Part shown: piece after piece, positions 55,440-64,000 of the stretch
How positions within the stretch are numbered: the first letter of the stretch is position 1
Layout: every line of letters starts with the position of its first letter
Assembly (NCBI GenBank): GCA_963663545.1
Contig: OY760505.1
Coordinates: 2,048,001 to 2,112,000 of the forward strand
Source of the DNA: Candidatus Delongbacteria bacterium
GTDB taxonomy: Bacteria > CAIWAD01
Direction of reading: 5' to 3'
Length of the DNA stretch: 64,000 nucleotides
Made by a program: the position numbers and the translations under genes
Notes under the pieces: model-generated
Database searches by the model: none
The model's input: only the letters and a program-made list of their open reading frames with translations
Told to the model about the DNA's origin: nothing

Positions 55440-56588
55440 ATGAACTACGATGTGATACTCATAGGCGCGGGAAGCGTTGGGCTCTCCACTTCTCACGCAC
55501 TGGCGCGGGGCGGAATGCGTGTACTCGTGCTTGACCGTCTGGCCAGTTTTGGTCAAGGCAGCAACAAGGCGGCCATCGGCGGAATTCGTGCAACACATGG
55601 CGATCCGGCCAAGATCCGTCTGTGTCTGCGATCGCTGGAAATCGTCAAAGCCTGGCAGCAAACCTACGGCCACGATCTGGAATGGACTACGGGTGGCTAT
55701 GTCTTTGTAGCACGCCGCGAACGCGAAGAGCGCATTCTGAAAGATCTGCTCAAAGTCCAGAAGAGCTACGGGCTCAATATCGATTGGCACGATCAGGACA
55801 GCATGCTGAGTGTTGTTCCGGACTTGCGCAGAGAAGGTCTGATCGGCGGTACCTTCTCGCCGGAGGACGGTCACTGCTCTACGCTTCGCCTGGCCTGGGC
55901 GCAATATGATGTGTCACGGAAAGCGGGTGTTGAGTTCCGCTTTCGCGAAGAGGTGACAGAGATCCTGCGCGAAGGAGATCGCGTAAGCGGGGTTCGCACG
56001 AACAAGGGCGTGTATCACGCACCTGTTGTTGTCAATGCCGCTGGAGCCGCCGCCGCACGCATCGGTCGCATGGTGGGCATGGCGCATCCTGTTCAGCCCG
56101 ACAGCCACGAGGCTGGTATTACCGAGCCGGTGGCGCCATTTATGAAGCCCATGGTCGTGGACATTGAGCCCACCGAGGATTCTACCAACTATTACTTCTA
56201 TCAGCTGCACACCGGCCAGGTTGTGTTTTGTATCACGCCAATGCCGGCGATCGTCGGCGAAGACAAGCGTGAGACGAGCGAGTTCCTACCGCTGGTGGCG
56301 CGCCGCATGGTGAACCTGATGCCGCGACTTGCCAACCTGCGCGTGCGCCGGACCTGGCGCGGTTTGTATCCCATGACGCCCGACGGATCTCCCCTGGTGG
56401 GCTGGTCACAGGAGTTGCGTGGCTACTTGATGGCCATCGGCATGTGCGGCCAGGGTTTCATGCTGGGACCGGGTGTGGGCGAGTTGTTGGCTCGCGTGTT
56501 ACAGGACCAGCTTCAGCCCGAGGACGATCTCGTGTTGAAAACGCTGTCACCCTACCGTGAATTCAAGGGGGCCGAAGCCCTCAAATAG
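55440..56588 (+). CDS. FAD-dependent amino-acid/amine oxidoreductase (DAO / sarcosine oxidase beta-like)
   Basis: IGAGSVG, VVNAAG, W.GLYPMTPDG.P, GQGFMLGP. Confidence 0.88.
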   Translation: MNYDVILIGAGSVGLSTSHALARGGMRVLVLDRLASFGQGSNKAAIGGIRATHGDPAKIRLCLRSLEIVKAWQQTYGHDLEWTTGGYVFVARREREERILKDLLKVQKSYGLNIDWHDQDSMLSVVPDLRREGLIGGTFSPEDGHCSTLRLAWAQYDVSRKAGVEFRFREEVTEILREGDRVSGVRTNKGVYHAPVVVNAAGAAAARIGRMVGMAHPVQPDSHEAGITEPVAPFMKPMVVDIEPTEDSTNYYFYQLHTGQVVFCITPMPAIVGEDKRETSEFLPLVARRMVNLMPRLANLRVRRTWRGLYPMTPDGSPLVGWSQELRGYLMAIGMCGQGFMLGPGVGELLARVLQDQLQPEDDLVLKTLSPYREFKGAEALK

Positions 56589-56600
56589 CGAGGCTTGCCC

Positions 56601-57185
56601 ATGTCCGCAAGTGCGGAACATCTCTATGCTGCTCTGGAGCAGCGTCTGCTCGCACCAACGGGCATCGACCTGCGCGCACGCATGGAACTGGAAGGCATTA
56701 TAACAGGGGAGCTGAACGCTTCCCTGTTTCTTTCTCCCACCGATGTGGTGGAGTTGAGTCTTCACGGAGATTTCAATGGCAGCGAGGAGTCGCTTACGCT
56801 GATCGGGGACCCGCGGAGTCTGCGTGTGCATCACAACGACTCTGTTCATGTGCTGGACCACGCTGCCGAGTTGCGCGAAGGCCTGGTGTTGGGCCTGTTG
56901 CGCATGGGGCTGATGCATAATCTGGCCTGCCTGTTGATGGAGCATCGGCTGGATGGTGTTGACGGCAGTGTGCGCGGCTGGCTGAGTTACCACGATCTTC
57001 ATCAGCGGAGTGAGGCAGAGCTGTTCTTCGGCATCAGTGTACGTGGTGAGAACTGTGCTCACGCAACACTGCTGTTGGATGCGCAAGGGCTTCCACAGCG
57101 GCGGGAGCAGGAGGTCGTCTTTCCTGCGGGGCACCTTTTGGTGCACGAAACCTACTCGCGATTTCAATTATTCAGCGAGTGCTGA
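56601..57185 (+). CDS. Hypothetical protein
   Basis: About 194 aa ORF with GAGG RBS, co-directional in the operon; no motif recognised. Confidence 0.6.
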   Translation: MSASAEHLYAALEQRLLAPTGIDLRARMELEGIITGELNASLFLSPTDVVELSLHGDFNGSEESLTLIGDPRSLRVHHNDSVHVLDHAAELREGLVLGLLRMGLMHNLACLLMEHRLDGVDGSVRGWLSYHDLHQRSEAELFFGISVRGENCAHATLLLDAQGLPQRREQEVVFPAGHLLVHETYSRFQLFSEC

Positions 57186-57242
57186 GAAAAGCTGAATCCT
57201 GTTCGCCAACGCCAGTCAGTTGTCCTTTTTTGGAGGAGGACC

Positions 57243-57797
57243 ATGACACGCACAGATTTCGTTCCCGTTCTGGAAACACAGCGTCTCCGCCTGCGCGGCT
57301 GGAAAGAAGAAGATCTGGACTTGCTGGCTGAGTGGTCGGCGGATGAAGAAACCATGCGCTACATCGGTCGGGGCAACACAATGAACCGGGCACAGACGTG
57401 GAACAGCCTGGCCTGGCTCGCCGGTCACTGGGTGCTCAAGGGTTACGGGGAATGGGCGGTGACGTTGCGCGAGAGCGGGCGACTGATCGGCCGCATCGGA
57501 CTGATTTACCCGGAAGGGTGGCCGGATCTGGAGCTCGTCTGGTTGTTGGATCGCGGTTATCGCGGTCACGGCTACGCCACGGAAGCCGCTGCAGCAGCCA
57601 GGGATTTTGCCTTTCGCGAGTTGGGCGCGGACCGGCTGATCAGTCTCTTCTACCCGCAGAACGAGGCGTCCATGCGTGTGTCACAACGCGTGGGTGAGTC
57701 TCTGGTAGGTGAGGTGGACGTCTTCGGCATGCGGCTCGTGTGTCACGAAATGACTCGATCCACCTGGCTGCGCCGTGTAGGCGACCTGGAGACCTGA
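57243..57797 (+). CDS. GNAT N-acetyltransferase (RimJ/RimL family)
   Basis: LETQRLRLR, RGHGYATEAA, N.AS.RV..RVG; GGAGGAGG RBS. Confidence 0.9.
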   Translation: MTRTDFVPVLETQRLRLRGWKEEDLDLLAEWSADEETMRYIGRGNTMNRAQTWNSLAWLAGHWVLKGYGEWAVTLRESGRLIGRIGLIYPEGWPDLELVWLLDRGYRGHGYATEAAAAARDFAFRELGADRLISLFYPQNEASMRVSQRVGESLVGEVDVFGMRLVCHEMTRSTWLRRVGDLET

Positions 57798-58043
57798 GGA
57801 ACGCACACTCGGATCAGCCATTTTCAGACAACGGCCTTCTCCCGTGCCTTTCTCGTTCACGTAGGGAGGAGGCGCTGTTTTCAGCCGTGCTGATCCACCG
57901 GTGCGTGAGTCGCAATTAGGCGACTCGCCAAACACAACTGCCAACAGAATTCAATCCACATGCGGCCTGACTTTGGCGGATCGCGCAGTGTTCCTGCTTT
58001 CTTCCGACTGCTCTAGATTGGGTGAGTCAACTCAGGAACAGGA

Positions 58044-59204
58044 ATGAAGCGCCTCATGTTGTACTTCGCCTTTGTCGTCTTCCTTATCTTAGCCGCCAGC
58101 GCCCTCTACCTTGTAACACGGCTGGGATCTGCATTTCCGTTGAGTAGCCTCGGGCACGGGCTGCTGATGCTGTTCACGCTGCTGCTCGCACTGCTGATGC
58201 CGGCCTTGCTCATTCTGCGACGTGTGAGCGAAGTGGACTTGCGCTGGCCGTTGTTGCTTGCGTATTCGGTCTTTGGCTTGTTCTCGATCCTGTTGGCCTT
58301 CACGCTGTTTCGCGATGTCTTGTGGTTGCTTGCCCGTGTGGTTACACTGTTACCCCGTGATACAGCCGCACGCGCACTGCTGTTTGCGTATTCGTCGCGC
58401 ATTGTTTTGCTGGCAGGAACGCTGGTCTTTGTTGGCGGCGTGCTGGTTGCCCGGCGCCCGGCGCGCTTGCACGAAGTTGACTTGAGCTATCCCGATTTGC
58501 ATCCGGACCTGGATGGCCTGCGCATTGTGCAGCTATCGGACATCCATTTGGATCAGACAACGCGCCCCGAGTTGTTGACAAGCATTGTGTCACGCACTAA
58601 TGAGCTACAACCCGATTTCGTAGCCTTGACCGGTGACCTGGTGGATGGTCGCGTTAGCGAGCTTTCGATGCAGGCCCGCGCGCTGACGGAGCTCAAGGCG
58701 CCTTGTTACTTCGTTTCCGGCAATCACGAACTCTATTCAGGTTACAGCGAGTGGTGTCGCTTTCTAGATTCCATCGGCGTCCACGTGCTCGATCAGTGCA
58801 ACGAACTTGTAACACACAAACAGGCGCACCTGCTGATCACGGGTGTCAGCGATTTCTCGATACCGCGCATGTTTCCGAGTGGGATTTCCGATCCGCTGAT
58901 GGCGATGTCGAATGCGCCGGTCCACGACTTCTGCCTGCTGTTGGCGCATCAGCCTTCCAGCGCAAAAGCGGCGCTGGCCGCAGGCGCAAATCTGGTACTG
59001 GCGGGGCATACGCACGGCGGTCAGTACTTCCCCTTCTCTTCCTTGATTCGCTTCTTTCAGCCCTACGCCAAGGGTTTGTATCACATTGGCGAGGCTTACG
59101 TTTACACGAGTCCCGGCACTGGCACCTGGGGGCCGCCGTTGCGGCTGGGGGCCAGACACGAAATCACTTTGATTCGACTGCACCGCACACGGCAGAATCC
59201 TTAG
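58044..59204 (+). CDS. Membrane-anchored metallophosphoesterase (YkuE/YaeI-like)
   Basis: N-terminal TM helices; SDIH, GDLVD, GNHE, LLAHQP, GHTHGGQ. Confidence 0.92.
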   Translation: MKRLMLYFAFVVFLILAASALYLVTRLGSAFPLSSLGHGLLMLFTLLLALLMPALLILRRVSEVDLRWPLLLAYSVFGLFSILLAFTLFRDVLWLLARVVTLLPRDTAARALLFAYSSRIVLLAGTLVFVGGVLVARRPARLHEVDLSYPDLHPDLDGLRIVQLSDIHLDQTTRPELLTSIVSRTNELQPDFVALTGDLVDGRVSELSMQARALTELKAPCYFVSGNHELYSGYSEWCRFLDSIGVHVLDQCNELVTHKQAHLLITGVSDFSIPRMFPSGISDPLMAMSNAPVHDFCLLLAHQPSSAKAALAAGANLVLAGHTHGGQYFPFSSLIRFFQPYAKGLYHIGEAYVYTSPGTGTWGPPLRLGARHEITLIRLHRTRQNP

Positions 59205-59274
59205 CGAAGCTTCCGCTACATTGGGGCCTGTTGGATGATGTCGATCCGAGAACCGCTGCCAGGAAGGAGGATGA

Positions 59275-59409
59275 ATGTCCTGTCGCAAGGGAAAATCGGA
59301 GTCGAAGGGAAAGGCCGGCGAGTATCGCTGTAGCAAGTGCGGGGCGAACTCCAAGCAAAAGAAGCACCTGTGCAAGCCCAAGAAAATCAAGGACCAACCC
59401 AATGAGTAG
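59275..59409 (+). CDS. 44-aa basic Cys-containing small protein (not in the ORF track)
   Basis: AGGAAGGAGG RBS; MSCRKGKSESKGKAGEYRCSKCGANSKQKKHLCKPKKIKDQPNE*; stop overlaps the next ATG. Confidence 0.7.
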   Translation: MSCRKGKSESKGKAGEYRCSKCGANSKQKKHLCKPKKIKDQPNE

Positions 59410-60376
59410 AATTTGGCTGGGCATTGATTTGGGTGGAACTAAAACCGCGGCGATGCTGGAAAGCGACGACCGTCAGGTGTTGGCGCGCAGCAAAATGAGA
59501 ACCGAGGGACACGAGGGCGCCGATAGCACTCTCGAACGCATGGTCGCCATGCTGGGAGAGATGTGCGCAGAGGCGGGCGTTGATCGAAATGAACTGGCTG
59601 GCGTGGGCATTGGTTGTCCCGGGCCGCTCGACCTCGTTGGCGGTCTAGTACTGGATTCACCCAATCTGGGGTGGGGTGATTTTCCGCTGCGCGAGCGGCT
59701 GGCAGAGGCCCTTCACTGTCCAGTGCTACTTGTGAACGATGTGGACGCTGGCGTCTACGGCGAGTACGCGCGTGGAGCGGCCAAGGGTGCGCGCTGTGTC
59801 CTTGGTGCTTTTCCCGGTACGGGCGTTGGCGGCGGCTGTGTGTACGAAGGAAGGCTGCTGCGCGGTCGACGCGCCTCGGCGCTTGAGCTCGGTCATATTC
59901 AGGTCGTACCCAACGGCCCTCTTTGCGGTTGTGGACGCAGGGGTTGCCTGGAGGCGGTTGCTGGCCGTTTGGCCATTGCAGCGCAGTTGGCTACTGCCGC
60001 CTATCGTGGTGACGCTCCGACCATTCGCGAATTAGCGGGAACCGACATCGGCATGATTCGATCAAGTGTGATACGTCGCGCCATCGAGGCCGGTGATACA
60101 ATAGTAGAAGAAATCGTTCGCATCGCGGCCCATAATCTCGGACGCGGCCTAGCGAGCGTAATCAATATCCTCAATCCAGATACCGTGGTTCTGGGCGGCG
60201 GGCTGGTTGAGGCCCTTCCGCAGCTATATCTGGACGAAGTGCAGGCGGGAGTAGCTGAGCAGGCCATGCAAGCCATGCTTGAGGAACTGCACATTTGCGC
60301 TTCGCAACTGGGTGATGACGCGGCTATGATTGGCGTTATTGAATTGGTGCGGCGTGATACAGCAGCAGGAAAGTGA
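59402..60376 (+). CDS. ROK-family sugar kinase (glucokinase-like)
   Basis: GIDLGGTK, GIGCPG, NDV, GTGVGGG, ELGH...CGCG..GCLE. Confidence 0.92.
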   Translation: MSRIWLGIDLGGTKTAAMLESDDRQVLARSKMRTEGHEGADSTLERMVAMLGEMCAEAGVDRNELAGVGIGCPGPLDLVGGLVLDSPNLGWGDFPLRERLAEALHCPVLLVNDVDAGVYGEYARGAAKGARCVLGAFPGTGVGGGCVYEGRLLRGRRASALELGHIQVVPNGPLCGCGRRGCLEAVAGRLAIAAQLATAAYRGDAPTIRELAGTDIGMIRSSVIRRAIEAGDTIVEEIVRIAAHNLGRGLASVINILNPDTVVLGGGLVEALPQLYLDEVQAGVAEQAMQAMLEELHICASQLGDDAAMIGVIELVRRDTAAGK

Positions 60377-60382
60377 TTCGGG

Positions 60383-61945
60383 ATGAAGGACGCTCCCATC
60401 GAAGAGCAGGCAGGATCACGCCTGCGAGCCGTATTGGAACTGGGGACGACGGCGATCCGCATGGTGGTGGCTCAGGTCAGTAGCAGCGGTCCGCCAAAGG
60501 TGCTGGAAAGCCTGCAACAGAGCATCGCCCTTGGTCGCGACAGTTTTTCGGAAGGTGCTATCTCGCGTACTACAACCGAACAGTGTGTCACGGTTGTGAG
60601 GCGTTTCAGCGAACTGCTGCGGCAGTATCGTATCGACAACCGTGCCCATTACCGTGCCGTGGCGACCTCGGCGGTGTATGACGCCTCAAACCGCGACGCC
60701 TTTCTCGATCGCATCCTGATAGCCACCGGAATTGAAGTCGAAGTGCTTGACGACAACGAAGTTGCTCACGTGTTGTTTCTAGGCCTGCAATCGCACACCG
60801 ACGCATATCCAGCGCTGCGCAAGGGCCCGTTACTGGTGGTGGAAACCGGTGGCGGTTCAAGCCAGATTCTGCTGATGAGTGGCGGCAGTGTGATACGCTA
60901 TCACACGCTGCGTCTGGGTTCACTGCGCTTGAGGCAGATGCTCGACGACTTTGGTGCGCCTCTGATTCGACAGGCAGCTATTCTGCGTGAGCACGTCGAG
61001 TCTGCGCTGAATCCGCTGCGTCGCCAGATGTCACGCCTTGGCAACGTACAGTTGCTGGCCATTGGCGGTGATGCACGCATTGCGGCACGCGCGATCCGTG
61101 AAGACTGGGATCGTCACACGCCGCTTACCCTGCAGGCCAAGGATTTTGAAACGTTCAGCAAACGTGTGCTGAAGCGTTCCGTTGATGAGCTGGTGCAGAA
61201 ACAGCGTGTCTCCTGGCAAGAGGCGGAAACTCTGGGACCGGCACTGCTGGTGTACCAGCAGTTGGTGGAGATGCTGAAGATCAAGCGTATCACGGTTGCC
61301 GCCACAACGCTGCGTGAAGGTCTGCTGGTAGATCTGGGGCCGCGCGGCCGTGAGATTGAGGATCTGGGTAAGGAGCTGCTCGAAGCGGCCATTCGCCTGG
61401 GTGAGAAGTACAACTTTGATCGCGAGCACGCCGCTCAGGTTCGGGACCACGCCCTGACTATTTTTGATTCCATCGCGGAGGAGCACGGTCTTGGCGCACG
61501 CCATCGTCGCATCATGTCAGTGGCCGCGCTATTGCACGACATCGGGCAGTACATCGATCTTCGCGCGCATCACAAACACAGTCAGTATCTGATACAGCAC
61601 AGCCGACTGTTCGGCATTGGTCGCCGCGATCTGATTCTATCGGCAATGGTAGCCAGGTATCACAGGCGCGCTGTGCCCTCGTCTGCTCACACGGACTTCG
61701 CGCGGCTTGAACGGCCGGATCGATTGTTGGTGAGCAAACTGTCGGCCATTTTGCGTGTGGCAGACGCGCTTGATGTGGCGCATTCCAGGCGCGTGCGAAA
61801 GGTGAAAGTGCAGATCAGCAAGGACCGCTTCATCCTGCTGATCAGCGGGCCGCGCGATCTTTACATGGAGCGAACGGCGGTTAAGCGCAAGGGTGACCTC
61901 TTCCTGGAGGTCTTTGGTAGAAGCGTGGAACTGCGGAGCATCTGA
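60383..61945 (+). CDS. ppx: Ppx/GppA exopolyphosphatase with C-terminal HD domain
   Basis: ELGTTAIR, VATSAV, ETGGGS, LREG, LLHDIG, HHKHS.YLI. Confidence 0.9.
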   Translation: MKDAPIEEQAGSRLRAVLELGTTAIRMVVAQVSSSGPPKVLESLQQSIALGRDSFSEGAISRTTTEQCVTVVRRFSELLRQYRIDNRAHYRAVATSAVYDASNRDAFLDRILIATGIEVEVLDDNEVAHVLFLGLQSHTDAYPALRKGPLLVVETGGGSSQILLMSGGSVIRYHTLRLGSLRLRQMLDDFGAPLIRQAAILREHVESALNPLRRQMSRLGNVQLLAIGGDARIAARAIREDWDRHTPLTLQAKDFETFSKRVLKRSVDELVQKQRVSWQEAETLGPALLVYQQLVEMLKIKRITVAATTLREGLLVDLGPRGREIEDLGKELLEAAIRLGEKYNFDREHAAQVRDHALTIFDSIAEEHGLGARHRRIMSVAALLHDIGQYIDLRAHHKHSQYLIQHSRLFGIGRRDLILSAMVARYHRRAVPSSAHTDFARLERPDRLLVSKLSAILRVADALDVAHSRRVRKVKVQISKDRFILLISGPRDLYMERTAVKRKGDLFLEVFGRSVELRSI

Positions 61946-61949
61946 TACC

Positions 61950-64000
61950 ATGGATACACGCTATTTCAATCGCGAACTAAGCTGGCTGGAATTCAACCAG
62001 CGTGTGCTCGATCTGGCCTTCAGTGAAGAGTTGCCATTACTCGAACGGCTGAAATTTCTCGCCATTACAGCAAGCAATCTGGATGAGTTTTTCCAGGTGC
62101 GCGTAGGAGGTCTGCAGGCGCTGGCGCGGAGCAACTCCACGTGGAAGGATGCAAGCGGTCTTAGCTCAACAGCGCAACTTGGCCTGATTGGCGAGCGCGT
62201 GACACATATGCTGGAGTCCATGGATCTGTGTTACATGGAGCAGCTGGCGCCAGCGCTCAAGCAGACAGGAATTCGTCTGCTTAAGCCGGACCAATTGAAT
62301 GCAACGCAGCGAGAGCATGCTCGCGACGTGTTTGAGAAGGAGCTCAAGCCGGTCCTGTCGCCCATTGCTGTACACGACGACGAAGCCTTTCCTGTGCTTC
62401 AAGGGCTGCGCCTGCACCTGCTGTTAAAGGTTCAGCGTGACACAGAGGCCGCATTTGCCGTGTTGCCGCTGGGTAGCCAGACGCACCGCTTCTATGCTAT
62501 GCCCGATGAAGAGGCGAACTCCTTTCTTTTGCTTGAAGACCTGGTATCAATGCACATCGATCAGCTCTTCCTTGGCTACAGGATCAAGGAGTGTTTACCG
62601 TTTCGTGTAACACGAAGTGCTGACATGGCGGTGCGCGAGAAGGAAGCACCGGATCTACTAACGGGAATGCGACAAGTGCTCAAGGCTCGCAAGATTAGCG
62701 AGTATGTGCGTGTCGAGTTCAGTGCGGAAGCAGGCCCGACAACTAAAACCTGGTTGCGCAAACGCCTGGCAGTGCGCGACCGTGATGTTCATGTGACACA
62801 GGCTCTCTTGCAGATGCGCGATTTGATGGAACCAGCCACAGCATCGGACCACAGCCAGTTGCAGTACAAGCCAATGCCCCCCTTGCAGCCGGTTTCGGTG
62901 GATCCAGGCACTAGCATGTTTGAGGCCATCACGCATGGTGATTTGCTGTTGTGTCACCCTTACGAAAGCTATTCGCCGGTGGTGCGTTTTGTCGAAGAAG
63001 CCGCCGATGATCCGGATGTGCTGGCCATCAAGCAGATCCTTTATCGTACTTCGCGCAACAGCCCGATTGTGCGTGCACTATCCCGCGCTGCGGCACAAGG
63101 GAAATACGTTACCGCCCTGGTTGAGCTGAAGGCGCGATTTGATGAGGCCCGCAATATCGACTGGGCGCAGCGTTTGGCGCAGGATGGTGTGCACGTGGTG
63201 TACGGCGTAAAGGGATACAAAACCCACGCCAAGATCTGTCTTGTGTCACGGCGCGAAGGGGATGGCGTCAGGCGCTACATGCACTTCGGCACGGGCAACT
63301 ACAACGAGCAGACGGCGCAGCTCTACAGTGACATCAGCTACATGACTTGTGACGATGAGCTGGCGCTGGATGCCACGGACTTCTTCAATGCCATTACGGG
63401 CTATTCTGAGCCGACGGAGTACATGCATCTGGCACCTGCCCCGGCGCAACTACGAGATCGTCTGCTGGAACTGATCAGCGCCGAAGCCGAGCGCGCGCGA
63501 CAAGGGCAGGCGACGCGCATTTTGGCCAAGGTGAATTCGCTGGTGGATCCGCAGCTCATCGAGGCGCTCTACGAGGCGTCCCAGGCGGGAGTGCAAATTC
63601 AACTGAATGTGCGCGGCATCTGCTGTCTGCGGCCTGGTGTCACGGGGATGAGTGAAAACATCCGTGTTACAAGCATTGTTGGACGCTATCTGGAACACGC
63701 CCGCATTATTTGTTTCCATAATGGTGGTCGCGAGCTGCTATTCATCAGTAGCGCCGATTGGATGCCGCGCAACCTGGACAAGCGCATCGAGCTGCTGGTT
63801 CCGGTAGAAGACAAGAAGTGCCGCAAGCGCTTGCTTGGTATTTTACAGACCTACTTTGCGGACAACGAAGATGCGCGCGAGCTGCACGAAGATGGAAGCT
63901 GGAGCGCGGTGATACAAGCGGAAGACGTACCACGAGTGCAGGCGCAGCGCGCTTTGTATAAAACAATTCGTCGCGAAGTGCAGAAGCTGGAACGCTTGCG
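61950..64000 (+). CDS. ppk1: Polyphosphate kinase 1, 3' truncated by the window edge (missing from the ORF track)
   Basis: Read from DNA: MDTRYFNRELSWLEFNQRVL, ASNLDEFF, HPYES, ELKARFDE, KTHAK, GTGNYN, SADWMPRNL. Confidence 0.96.
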   Translation, partial: MDTRYFNRELSWLEFNQRVLDLAFSEELPLLERLKFLAITASNLDEFFQVRVGGLQALARSNSTWKDASGLSSTAQLGLIGERVTHMLESMDLCYMEQLAPALKQTGIRLLKPDQLNATQREHARDVFEKELKPVLSPIAVHDDEAFPVLQGLRLHLLLKVQRDTEAAFAVLPLGSQTHRFYAMPDEEANSFLLLEDLVSMHIDQLFLGYRIKECLPFRVTRSADMAVREKEAPDLLTGMRQVLKARKISEYVRVEFSAEAGPTTKTWLRKRLAVRDRDVHVTQALLQMRDLMEPATASDHSQLQYKPMPPLQPVSVDPGTSMFEAITHGDLLLCHPYESYSPVVRFVEEAADDPDVLAIKQILYRTSRNSPIVRALSRAAAQGKYVTALVELKARFDEARNIDWAQRLAQDGVHVVYGVKGYKTHAKICLVSRREGDGVRRYMHFGTGNYNEQTAQLYSDISYMTCDDELALDATDFFNAITGYSEPTEYMHLAPAPAQLRDRLLELISAEAERARQGQATRILAKVNSLVDPQLIEALYEASQAGVQIQLNVRGICCLRPGVTGMSENIRVTSIVGRYLEHARIICFHNGGRELLFISSADWMPRNLDKRIELLVPVEDKKCRKRLLGILQTYFADNEDARELHEDGSWSAVIQAEDVPRVQAQRALYKTIRREVQKLERL

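Larger units (their letters stand above)
231..63916. repeat. Dispersed highly iterated palindrome (Y)GTRWYAC(R)
   Basis: About 190 copies by manual count of GTGATAC/GTATCAC, GTGACAC/GTGTCAC and GTAACAC/GTGTTAC, mostly with Y and R flanks. Confidence 0.8.

Noticed and set aside
1..64000. CRISPR array, IS elements, prophage or reverse transcriptase systems
   Set aside because: No regularly spaced repeats or transposase, integrase, RT or phage motifs seen; the iterated palindrome is dispersed, not arrayed.

Overview
Core-chromosome-like window (about 58% GC by eye) from a bacterium that is probably in the FCB superphylum; this is inferred from a T9SS/FlgD-type C-terminal domain and lamin-tail-domain surface proteins. 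It holds about 46 CDSs: two tandem lamin-tail-domain paralogues; a fixC-fixX-etfB-etfA-acyl-CoA dehydrogenase operon divergent from fabV-dtd; a large secreted subtilase; a lexA-small gene-dinB SOS cassette with an SOS box inside its promoter; TPR/helicase/pfkB/lon/nifU; spmAB; a CDF transporter; pepN; a dCMP deaminase-DTW-transglutaminase-nitroreductase-UbiA-TPR-msrBA run; DinB-family and HEPN-like genes; hcp with an FNR-type box; three histidine kinases; a fused sarcosine/proline-dehydrogenase-like pair; and ROK-ppx-ppk1. I found no rRNA, tRNA, CRISPR or transposase. The most striking signal is not a gene: the degenerate palindrome (Y)GTRWYAC(R) occurs about 190 times by manual count (about 3 per kb), inside genes in all frames and between genes, like a new type of highly iterated palindrome. 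Also notable are several unexplained structured intergenic RNA candidates, a C-terminal domain shared by three exported proteins, and an unannotated 44-aa Cys/Lys-rich small protein. All product calls come from motif recognition, not database searches.
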